Below, in pieces: positions 9,871-18,060 of a stretch of 64,000 nt of DNA. Location: positions 60,303-124,302 of IMG/VR virus record IMGVR_UViG_3300011423_000006. The stretch is one strand, 5' to 3'. Made by a program: the position numbers and the translations under genes. This DNA comes from a virus. Lineage: Duplodnaviria; Caudoviricetes. The stretch's first letter is position 1; every line of letters begins with the position of its first letter. The notes beneath the pieces were generated by a model. It searched no databases and had not been told where the DNA came from. It saw only the letters and a list, made by a program, of their open reading frames with translations.

Positions 9871-11009
9871 GCAAAAAAGTAATAATTAGTGGATGTACGG
9901 GACAAATGGGAAGTTTTTTTGTGGATTATTTATTAAAAAACACAAATCATGAACTCTTTGGATTGGTTAGACGATTATCTGTTAAAAATCATAAAAACAT
10001 AGAACATATTAAAGACCCGCGTTTTAAATTAATTAGCGCGGATTTGACTGATGGTGAGTCATTATATCAAGCAATAGATCAAGTTAGACCGGATTATTTT
10101 ATTAATTGTGCGGCCCAATCTTTTGTTTCCGAGTCTTGGATTAGTCCTGTCAATACGTTTCGCACAGATGCCGAAGCAATCATTCATATTTTAGAAGCGA
10201 TTCGTAAAGTTAATCCAGCATGTCGTTTTTATAATTTCGGATCAAGCGAGGAATTCGGAGACGTTTTATATTCCCCTCAGGATATTAAACATCCTTATCG
10301 GGCTCGTTCTCCTTATGGTGCTGCTAAAATTGCAGCACACTCCATAGTAAAAGTGTACCGAGAAAGTTATAATTTGTATGCTATTCAAGGTATTTGTTTT
10401 AATTACGAAGGAACGAGAAGGGGCGAGGAATTTGTTACTCGTAAAATTACTAAGGGAGTGGCTAGAATTAAAAATTTTTGGAATAAAGCTCACGGTTTTG
10501 AGCCAATTACACTTGGTAATTTAGATGCTCGTCGTGACTGGTCCGATTGCGAAGATTTTGTAGATGGAGTTTGGAGGATGTTAAATCAGGACGCGTTTAA
10601 TCCCGAAATTAAAAATATACCTTCGGTTACAGCTAGAAAGGCGGGGATTTTATTACCCCGTCCTGTAGAATATGATTTATCTAGTAAAGTAAGAGAATAT
10701 GTTTTAGCGAGTGGTGAAACTCATTCAATTAGAGAGTTTATAGAATTAGCATTTCAAGAAGTGGGTATTGTAGGTCAATGGGCAGGAAAGGGAATAAATG
10801 AGCAATATTTAATGACGGGACAAGGGTTAAAAGGTTTGCCTGTTTTGGTTCGTATTGATTCTAAATTTAATCGTCCCGCTGATGTAGAATTATTATTAGG
10901 AGACTCAACTCCTATTCGTCAGGAATTAGGTTGGTCCCCAAAAACTACTTTCCCCGAACTAGTTAAGAAAATGGTAATTGCAGATTTAAAAGAAGTAGGA
11001 TATAATTAA
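9867..11009 (+). CDS. gmd: GDP-mannose 4,6-dehydratase
   Basis: GCTGQMGS, AAQSFVSES, SSEEFG, SPYGAAK, RRGEEFVTRKIT, LGNLDARRDW, RPADVELLLGD. Confidence 0.95.
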   Translation: MSKKVIISGCTGQMGSFFVDYLLKNTNHELFGLVRRLSVKNHKNIEHIKDPRFKLISADLTDGESLYQAIDQVRPDYFINCAAQSFVSESWISPVNTFRTDAEAIIHILEAIRKVNPACRFYNFGSSEEFGDVLYSPQDIKHPYRARSPYGAAKIAAHSIVKVYRESYNLYAIQGICFNYEGTRRGEEFVTRKITKGVARIKNFWNKAHGFEPITLGNLDARRDWSDCEDFVDGVWRMLNQDAFNPEIKNIPSVTARKAGILLPRPVEYDLSSKVREYVLASGETHSIREFIELAFQEVGIVGQWAGKGINEQYLMTGQGLKGLPVLVRIDSKFNRPADVELLLGDSTPIRQELGWSPKTTFPELVKKMVIADLKEVGYN

Positions 11010-11013
11010 AGTC

Positions 11014-11355
11014 ATGGCTAAAAACATAGAGCACGAAAAATGTAAATTTTTGGTGTCGTTTTTCTGCGGTAAAATTGATACCAACTTTTGGGCGCGGGAA
11101 ATTAAAATTGCCAAAAAGTTAATTAAAGAACATCCCGAGACGGATTTGTGGGAGAAAATGGTATTTAAATGTAAACTTCCTTCTTTAGCATTCTTTCTCA
11201 CCGAAGACGGGCAAAACATGATGAAAAAACATTTTGCTATTAAAAAACTTGTTTTACCAGAAAAACCAGAGTATAATTTAGACAAGGAAACAAAAATTCA
11301 AGAAATAGCAGAAGTTTCCAAGCCAAAAACAATTTTTAATTTTTTAAATTCATAA
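11014..11355 (+). CDS. hypothetical protein
   Basis: 113-aa ORF tightly packed in the operon. Confidence 0.6.
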   Translation: MAKNIEHEKCKFLVSFFCGKIDTNFWAREIKIAKKLIKEHPETDLWEKMVFKCKLPSLAFFLTEDGQNMMKKHFAIKKLVLPEKPEYNLDKETKIQEIAEVSKPKTIFNFLNS

Positions 11356-11357
11356 TT

Positions 11358-12497
11358 ATGGGACGTAAAGCAAAAGAAGAAGAAGTAGAACAAGAAACTA
11401 AAAAATCTGGAAATAATTCAGCAAAATACGCAGCCGCTTATTTAGCCGAACATCCTGATCATCTCTGTACAGAGGAAGATATTGTTTACACTGTTTCTAG
11501 CGGGAGTCTTGGTTTGGATGTGGAAATGGGGGGAGGAATTAGGCCGGGTATTGTTAGAATGACGGGAATTTCGGAGGGCGGGAAAACATCTTGTTCTTTC
11601 TCTTATATGAAAAATTTCTTACAAGAAAAAAATCGCAAAGGTGTTTATATTAGAGCCGAAAGAAAAGAATCTGAGCAACTTAAAAAACGTATCGGCGTTC
11701 CATTAACTTATGACATTGAAAATTGGCCGGACCAAACTTGTTTTGTTTATCGTGGAAATATTTATGAAAACGTAATCGGTTTCATGAGAACTTTAGTTAT
11801 GAAGAATCCTGATAAAACTCAATATATGTTTATTCTTGATTCTATGGATGGATTGATACCTAAAGCAGATTACGATAAAGACTTCCAAGATGCTGTTCAA
11901 GTTGCGGGCGGGGCTCTTATTACAGCGGTATTTTTAAAAAAACTTGCGTTAGCAATGGGTGTTAGAGGCCATATATGTATTTTAATTAGTCAGGTTCGTG
12001 CAACCATTAGAATTAATCAACAACAAAAAATTGACCCAAAATTGACCAATGCAACAGGCGGAAATGCCGCCCAACATTGGGCGGATTGGATTTTAGAATT
12101 CCAAAATCACGAAACAAAAGAATGCAAAATACGAGAAAATGACGCGGAAAAGGGAAAAGTTTTGGGTCATTGGTGTAAAATTATTTTCAAAAAGACTCCT
12201 AACGAAAAAACCAACGAAGTAATTCAATATCCTATTAAATACAATCAATCTGCTGGCGATAGAGTTTGGGTGGAACGAGAAGTTGCGGATCAATTAATTT
12301 TTTGGGAATTTATTAAAGTAAGTGGCAAATGGATTTCGCCAACTTTTGTTTTTACAAATGTTTTAAAAGAACATAATTTTACTTTTCCAGAAAAGTTCGA
12401 CGGCATGAAAAACCTTAATGAATATCTAGAAGAAAATCCTGATTTAGTTAAATTTTTGTATAATTACTTTAGAGAAGTTAAAATGAAGGAAATTTAA
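11358..12497 (+). CDS. recA: RecA/UvsX-like recombinase
   Basis: SSGSLGLDVEMGGG, Walker A GISEGGKTS, ILDS, ISQVR, TGGNA. Confidence 0.88.
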   Translation: MGRKAKEEEVEQETKKSGNNSAKYAAAYLAEHPDHLCTEEDIVYTVSSGSLGLDVEMGGGIRPGIVRMTGISEGGKTSCSFSYMKNFLQEKNRKGVYIRAERKESEQLKKRIGVPLTYDIENWPDQTCFVYRGNIYENVIGFMRTLVMKNPDKTQYMFILDSMDGLIPKADYDKDFQDAVQVAGGALITAVFLKKLALAMGVRGHICILISQVRATIRINQQQKIDPKLTNATGGNAAQHWADWILEFQNHETKECKIRENDAEKGKVLGHWCKIIFKKTPNEKTNEVIQYPIKYNQSAGDRVWVEREVADQLIFWEFIKVSGKWISPTFVFTNVLKEHNFTFPEKFDGMKNLNEYLEENPDLVKFLYNYFREVKMKEI

Positions 12498-12907
12498 TGC
12501 GTTGGATTAATAAACGGGAGAAATTAGTTTGGCATCCTGATAATAAATATAGAATAAAATGGGGTAAAAAAGCCCCATCAAAAGGGGCTCAAGAAGTTAA
12601 AGATTTTTTGCATCGATATTGCAGCGATTATATTTGGTATGAAGAATACCGATTGCCGGGATGCTTGTTGAGAGTTGATTTTTTATCTCCCAATAAAAAA
12701 CTTGCTATTGAATTTAACGGGCCTCAACATGAGGGATTTAACAAATTTTTTCATGGAACAAGAACCGGTTATAAAAACATGTTTAAAAGAGACATGGATA
12801 AAGAAAAATTTCTAGTTAAAAATGGTTACACTTTCATAGAGATTTATAAAGAAGATTTGCCTTTGACCCATAGTTTCTTTTCAAGTAATTATAATATAAT
12901 AATTTAG
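12497..12907 (+). CDS. DUF559/Vsr-like PD-(D/E)XK endonuclease
   Basis: EEYRLPGCLLRVDF, AIEFNGPQH, RDMDK. Confidence 0.75.
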   Translation: MRWINKREKLVWHPDNKYRIKWGKKAPSKGAQEVKDFLHRYCSDYIWYEEYRLPGCLLRVDFLSPNKKLAIEFNGPQHEGFNKFFHGTRTGYKNMFKRDMDKEKFLVKNGYTFIEIYKEDLPLTHSFFSSNYNIII

Positions 12908-12914
12908 GTGTAAT
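12908..12914 (+). promoter_or_regulatory. GTGTAAT putative late-promoter motif
   Basis: Intergenic copy of the motif found before structural genes; 7 nt before the GTG start at 12922. Confidence 0.45.
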
Positions 12915-12921
12915 AGATAGT

Positions 12922-13176
12922 GTGGATAAACCCTTTGAATTGCCAGCGGCGTTTTTAAAACAGCTTAATGAATTTTCACGCGGCGGGTATATACTAATCA
13001 GAGCTAATACCAATGGCGCTCCTGAAGTTTACGTGCAATTTGATGATATGCTTACTGCTATTGGGATGATTCGTTACACTAAAATGTGGAGCACCGCTTT
13101 AGACGAACTAAACGAAGAAAACGTTATCGAGAATATTAAAAACGAAAACGACCCCGAAGATTCAGACGAAGAATAA
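12922..13176 (+). CDS. hypothetical protein
   Basis: 84-aa ORF with GTG start and acidic tail. Confidence 0.6.
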   Translation: MDKPFELPAAFLKQLNEFSRGGYILIRANTNGAPEVYVQFDDMLTAIGMIRYTKMWSTALDELNEENVIENIKNENDPEDSDEE

Positions 13177-13189
13177 GTTTCATTTTATC

Positions 13190-13218
13190 TTGAGTTTCTG
13201 TAAAGTTTAACATATAAT
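13190..13218 (+). promoter_or_regulatory. sigma70-type promoter for dnaB (probably leaderless transcript)
   Basis: TTGAGT-N17-TATAAT-N6-ATG. Confidence 0.7.
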
Positions 13219-13224
13219 TTAACT

Positions 13225-14706
13225 ATGGCGCAACTGTTTTCATTACAAGTCGAGAGACACACTTTGTCGGCGTTTTTTAAACATCCTCAGGTTTTTCCTG
13301 AAGTCGATGGGTTCATGACGGAATATGATTATTACAATGACACAAATCGAACTATATTTACGGTTATTCGTTCTATTTTAACGCGTGGGGAAAAGTTAGA
13401 TAAGGTTTTAGTTGCTCAAAAAATTGATAATTTGGGTTTTAAACCTAAGGACGACCTTAATATTTTTCAATATTTAGACGCGGTAGCCGGTTCTCAAATT
13501 ACCGCCAAAGCTGGCGTTGATGCTTGCAAAGAACTAGTGAAATTTCGGGTTCGGAGAGAGCTTTGCGAAACGTCAGAAAAAATTAAAGATTTTGTTCTTA
13601 AAAATGGTGAACTGAATATTGATAACTTGATTGCGGAAACCGATAAAATCTATAACGATAAAATATTTTCATATCAAATAGAACATGAGCCCAAAGACCT
13701 TTATGATGGTTTAGAGGAAATGGTTTTAAAACGCGGGGCCAATCCTTTGGAAGAAACCGGATTACTTACACCTTACGGAGAATTTAACAGGTTGTTTGGT
13801 GGGATTCGTGGCGGTAACGGATTATACGCCGTCGCTTCTCGTCCTAAACATGGTAAATCAACTTGGCTTTTAAATATGGCCGAAGGGATTACAATGTTAA
13901 ATAAAGACACTATTGCTCTTTATCTAGATACTGAAATGGAAACTGAAATCAGTCAGTTTCGAGCCGCTTCCGCTATTACTGACGCTCCTATGTGGTATCT
14001 CGAAACCGGGAACTGGAGTAAAAATGCCGAATTGACCAAAAAAGTAAAAGCGACTTTAAGTAATGTTCAAAAATTAAAAAATCGAGTTTTTCATCTTAAT
14101 GTAGCTAACCGTCCAGTAGAACAAATTTGTAGTTTGATTCGTCGTTTTTATTATAAACATATCGGGCGGACTTCGGGAAAAAGATTAGTGGTTTTTTATG
14201 ATTACATTAAATTAACCGGGGAAAAACTAACAAATAATTGGGCGGAACATCAAGCCATTGGCGAAAAAATCAATCTTCTTAATGAAACCGGGAATGAGTT
14301 GAAAGTTCCCCTTTGGGCGGCGATTCAATTAAACCGTTCCGCCGAAGACGGAAGGGATGATAGCGCGGCTATTGCTATCTCGGATCGTTTACAATGGTTT
14401 GCGGCATTTGTGGCAATTTTTAGACGCAAACGGATGGATGAATTAGCCGAAGATGGGATAGATTTTGGAACTCATAAAATGATTCCTACTGCGACTCGTT
14501 TCCAAGGTAAGGATTCGGCGGGGCATTTAGATATGGTGAAAGTTTCGGTAGGGAAGCAAAAACCAAAATATGAGCAAAATTTTATTAATTATAATATTGA
14601 AAATTTCCGTATTTGTGAGAAAGGAACTTTGATTGACGTTGTGAGACGGCGGCAAGCTTTAATTAAATTGCAAGATGACGATCAATCAGATGACGCCCAT
14701 GTATGA
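13225..14706 (+). CDS. dnaB: replicative DNA helicase
   Basis: DnaB N-terminal domain, Walker A ASRPKHGKST, LDTEM, YDYIKL, AIQLNR. Confidence 0.93.
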   Translation: MAQLFSLQVERHTLSAFFKHPQVFPEVDGFMTEYDYYNDTNRTIFTVIRSILTRGEKLDKVLVAQKIDNLGFKPKDDLNIFQYLDAVAGSQITAKAGVDACKELVKFRVRRELCETSEKIKDFVLKNGELNIDNLIAETDKIYNDKIFSYQIEHEPKDLYDGLEEMVLKRGANPLEETGLLTPYGEFNRLFGGIRGGNGLYAVASRPKHGKSTWLLNMAEGITMLNKDTIALYLDTEMETEISQFRAASAITDAPMWYLETGNWSKNAELTKKVKATLSNVQKLKNRVFHLNVANRPVEQICSLIRRFYYKHIGRTSGKRLVVFYDYIKLTGEKLTNNWAEHQAIGEKINLLNETGNELKVPLWAAIQLNRSAEDGRDDSAAIAISDRLQWFAAFVAIFRRKRMDELAEDGIDFGTHKMIPTATRFQGKDSAGHLDMVKVSVGKQKPKYEQNFINYNIENFRICEKGTLIDVVRRRQALIKLQDDDQSDDAHV

Positions 14707-15644
14707 ATTCTGTAGAAAGTATTTTAACAGAATTGGGTTATAATCTAACAAGGTCTGCAAACTATTTACAAGCGGCGGCGGTATATCGCGGGGGAGACGA
14801 TCATACTTCTTTGACAATATATCCCGAAGATAATTTATGCATTGATTGGGTTTTAGGGGAACGGTTTTCAATTGAAGTATTGATTGCTCGGACTTTAAAA
14901 ATAGAAAACCCGGACCTTGTTCAAGAATGGTTAAAAACAAAAAACGTTGTTATCAAAACCGAGATAACAAAACCAAAAATAAAAATGCCTAAAATCCATC
15001 CTCCTGAAACATTATTTAGTTTAAGCCCTGATCATAGTTATTGGATTAATCGTGGAATTGATTTAGATACCTTGAAATTATTTAAAGGGGGACTAGCTGG
15101 TAAAATTGGAAGTTTGAAAAACAGATATGTTTTTCCGATATTTAACGCTAAAAATGAAATTGTGGGTTTTACGGGGCGCGACACTCTTAAATTTGAAGGT
15201 GAATATGAGGGGCGCAAACGTCCAAAGTGGAAACATTTGGGCAATAAAGCAGCCTTTAAATGGCCCCTTATATTAAATAATAAAATAATCCAAAATAAGA
15301 AACAGGTTATTTTGGTCGAATCTCCCGGTGATGTTTTGTCTTTTTGGACATGCGGAATTAAAAATGTTATTTGTGTTTTTGGGACTGAACTAAGTTTTGA
15401 TATTATTAATTATCTTATCAAATATGATATAGATGATATTATTATTAGCACTAATAGCGATATAGTAAATGAACAAGGTCGAGCACCGGGGCAGGAAGCG
15501 GCTGAGAAAATGGAACGAAAATTGCAAAAATATTTTGATTATCGACAAATTCGCGTTTGTTTGCCAGAGTTAAAAGATTGGAACGAAGTTTTACGTGTCG
15601 AAAATGGCCCCGCCCAAATTAAGAAATGGTATGATAATTTATGA
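14703..15644 (+). CDS. dnaG: DNA primase (TOPRIM)
   Basis: YWINRGI, RYVFPIFN, VGFTGR, LVESPGD, KDWNE. Confidence 0.9.
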   Translation: MNSVESILTELGYNLTRSANYLQAAAVYRGGDDHTSLTIYPEDNLCIDWVLGERFSIEVLIARTLKIENPDLVQEWLKTKNVVIKTEITKPKIKMPKIHPPETLFSLSPDHSYWINRGIDLDTLKLFKGGLAGKIGSLKNRYVFPIFNAKNEIVGFTGRDTLKFEGEYEGRKRPKWKHLGNKAAFKWPLILNNKIIQNKKQVILVESPGDVLSFWTCGIKNVICVFGTELSFDIINYLIKYDIDDIIISTNSDIVNEQGRAPGQEAAEKMERKLQKYFDYRQIRVCLPELKDWNEVLRVENGPAQIKKWYDNL

Positions 15645-16375
15645 AGTTTTTAGAGGGCGTAGAGCCAATTATATTTAAAGAAAAAGAGCATCAATATTTT
15701 ACGCCGCAAGGTCAAGAATTAATATCGGCTTCGACTCTTGTTCATGAATATTCCCCGCCTTTTGATCCTACCGGGTCGATTTTAATTAATAAGGCGGAAA
15801 AATTGGGAATTTCCCCGGAAGAATTGCGGAAACAATGGGATTATGAACGTGATTCGGCGTGTGAGCGCGGAACACAATTTCATAAAGAGGCTGAATATTG
15901 GGTCGAGAATCGTAAAGTTGCCCCCGCAAACAAGTATAAGGGTCAATATCGAGACGTTATTAAACAATTAAAGCAAATCACTTTTAAAGGAACACCAATT
16001 ACGGAAACAGTAGTTTATTCGGTTCGCTTAGGACTCGCTGGAACCATCGATTTGCTTGATATGTATGATACTAATAAAGCCGATATTAAAGATTGGAAGA
16101 CCAATAAGGCCCTAAAATTCAAATCGTTTTTTAAACGCGGCTTAGGATATCAAAAAATGTTGCCGCCCGTAGGACATTTATTGGATTGTAATTTCGTGCA
16201 TTATTCATTACAACTAGCTATCTACGAGATACTTATGGAGGAAAACGGTTACTGGATAAACGATAAAACTCTATATTATATTAATCCCAAAACGAGAATT
16301 GTGGAACATCATAAGGTTCTTCCTCTCCGTAAAGAGGCTATGAAAATTATTAACCATTTTAATATTAATAAATAG
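15641..16375 (+). CDS. PD-(D/E)XK exonuclease (RecB-like phage exonuclease)
   Basis: RGTQFH, AGTIDL, IKDWKT, YSLQLAIY. Confidence 0.85.
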   Translation: MKFLEGVEPIIFKEKEHQYFTPQGQELISASTLVHEYSPPFDPTGSILINKAEKLGISPEELRKQWDYERDSACERGTQFHKEAEYWVENRKVAPANKYKGQYRDVIKQLKQITFKGTPITETVVYSVRLGLAGTIDLLDMYDTNKADIKDWKTNKALKFKSFFKRGLGYQKMLPPVGHLLDCNFVHYSLQLAIYEILMEENGYWINDKTLYYINPKTRIVEHHKVLPLRKEAMKIINHFNINK

Positions 16376-16378
16376 CCT

Positions 16379-16407
16379 TTGACAAAAAGTAATGAATTTG
16401 GTAGTTT
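16379..16407 (+). promoter_or_regulatory. sigma70-type promoter (probably leaderless transcript)
   Basis: TTGACA-N17-TAGTTT-N6-ATG(16414). Confidence 0.6.
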
Positions 16408-16413
16408 AATATT

Positions 16414-16635
16414 ATGTCATTTGATTTTGCAAGAGACTTGATGGATGCTTTGGAAAAGCAAGGGATGGATTATGCCCTCTTTACCATTCATAAAGATTGT
16501 TCTAATAAAAAAACCCCTGAATATGTTATCAGTCGTTTCGAGTCTTTAAATGACGAAACTAAAAAAGCTCTTTTAATTGGGCTTCAGAATTTTCAAATAG
16601 AATTAGAGAAGGCGTTAGCCAAAAAAACTAAATGA
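16414..16635 (+). CDS. hypothetical protein
   Basis: 73-aa ORF after the promoter, coupled to the next gene. Confidence 0.6.
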   Translation: MSFDFARDLMDALEKQGMDYALFTIHKDCSNKKTPEYVISRFESLNDETKKALLIGLQNFQIELEKALAKKTK

Positions 16636-17408
16636 GTCAAATCATTCCTTTATTTACAACAGATTATTCTGTAGGGAAGTCAATTCTTACACTAGAAGAA
16701 GCGAGCGAAATCAAGGAAGACGAACCAATTTCTATTACTTCCATTGCTAAAAAGTATAAAATTAATCCTGCTTTCGTGGTAGAATCAAGCATGACAGGTT
16801 TTGTTAAAGCTTATAAGCATTTTAAGGAACTTGATATACAATTTATTTTTGGGCTCATGTTGGTCATGGTAGACGATATCAAACAAAAAAACGAAGAATC
16901 GTTCGAAACCGAAAATAAGGTTATCGTTTTGTTAAATAACCAAGACGGTTATTCTGATTTGATTAAAATATTTTCTGTGGCTGCAACCGAGGGTAAATAT
17001 TACGTGCCGCGCCTAGATTGGAAAAACTTAAAAAAGTTTTGGACAAAAAATCTATCTTTAGCTATTCCAATGTATGATAGTTTTCTAGCAAATAATATGC
17101 TCCGAGTCGCTTCTTGCATTCCAGATTTTCCCGAAGAACCTGTATTTTTTATGGAAAATCATGATTTGCCGGTTGATGGATTAATTAATGCGGCAATAAT
17201 AAAATATTGTTCAACTAATAAAAACGAAATTGTTCCCACTCATTCTATTTATTATTTTAAAAACGCAGATGTTTTGCCTTATCAGATTTATCGTTGTATT
17301 GATCGGCGGTCTAAAAAATCAGTTTTTAGCAAACCTAATATGTCGGGGTTCGGATCGGATCGATTTTCCTTTGAAAGTTATTTAGAATTAGCTAATAGAA
17401 AGATTTAA
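16632..17408 (+). CDS. stand-alone PHP domain of DNA polymerase III alpha
   Basis: PLFTTDYSVGKS, SMTGFVKAY, FIFG, LLNNQDGYSDLIKI, YYVPRLD match the DnaE N-terminal PHP domain. Confidence 0.82.
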   Translation: MSQIIPLFTTDYSVGKSILTLEEASEIKEDEPISITSIAKKYKINPAFVVESSMTGFVKAYKHFKELDIQFIFGLMLVMVDDIKQKNEESFETENKVIVLLNNQDGYSDLIKIFSVAATEGKYYVPRLDWKNLKKFWTKNLSLAIPMYDSFLANNMLRVASCIPDFPEEPVFFMENHDLPVDGLINAAIIKYCSTNKNEIVPTHSIYYFKNADVLPYQIYRCIDRRSKKSVFSKPNMSGFGSDRFSFESYLELANRKI

Positions 17409-18059
17409 ATGGACGAGCATTTACTGAGAAATCAAAATTATAAGCATTTTTATTGGGATTTTGAAACATGTTCCGTTAATTTGGTTAGTCCTACTAATTT
17501 AATTTGGGAATTGGGTTTGCTGGTTTGTGACGGGACTCAAATTACCAAAGAAATTAAGCGATATATTCGTTGGGAGCCGTTGCCTATAACCGAGGGCGCG
17601 GCTAGAGTAACAAAGTTTCATTTAAAAGAACAGGAATATTGGGATACTGCAATTAGCCCGAAAGAAGCTTTAGACGAATTTGAAAGTTATCTTTATGATA
17701 AGGGCAATTGGGCGAAAGGCCATAATGTTTTGGGATTTGATATTTATCTTCATAATATTTGGAGAAAGAAATTAGGGAAGAAGCCTGATTGGTCATATTT
17801 AAATCGAGTAATTGATACCGATGCGGTTGCGCGAGCAAGTAAAGCGGGGTATAAATATCAACACAAAGAAGATTTGTTGGCGTTTCAATTTCGAGCGGGG
17901 TCTATTATTAAAAAGGGAAATAAAACTAATTTGACTGATTTAGCCAAAGAGTATAAAATAGAAGGAGTTGATTTTGAAAATCTCCATCAGGCCCTTGAAG
18001 ATGTACGTCTTAATCGGTTAGTTTGGGAAACTGGTTTAAAATGGACGATTGATATTTAA
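17409..18059 (+). CDS. DEDDh 3'-5' exonuclease (Pol III epsilon-like)
   Basis: ExoI DFET, ExoII HNVLGFD, ExoIII HQALED. Confidence 0.88.
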   Translation: MDEHLLRNQNYKHFYWDFETCSVNLVSPTNLIWELGLLVCDGTQITKEIKRYIRWEPLPITEGAARVTKFHLKEQEYWDTAISPKEALDEFESYLYDKGNWAKGHNVLGFDIYLHNIWRKKLGKKPDWSYLNRVIDTDAVARASKAGYKYQHKEDLLAFQFRAGSIIKKGNKTNLTDLAKEYKIEGVDFENLHQALEDVRLNRLVWETGLKWTIDI

Positions 18060-18060
18060 T

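Noticed and set aside
1-11009. Bacterial LPS or capsule locus next to a prophage
   Set aside because: Runs continuously into phage replication genes, shows the same Pro-Gly codon bias, and has no integrase, att site or export genes
15641-16375. Cas4 assignment
   Set aside because: Lacks the four-Cys Fe-S pattern and CRISPR context; fits a general phage PD-(D/E)XK exonuclease
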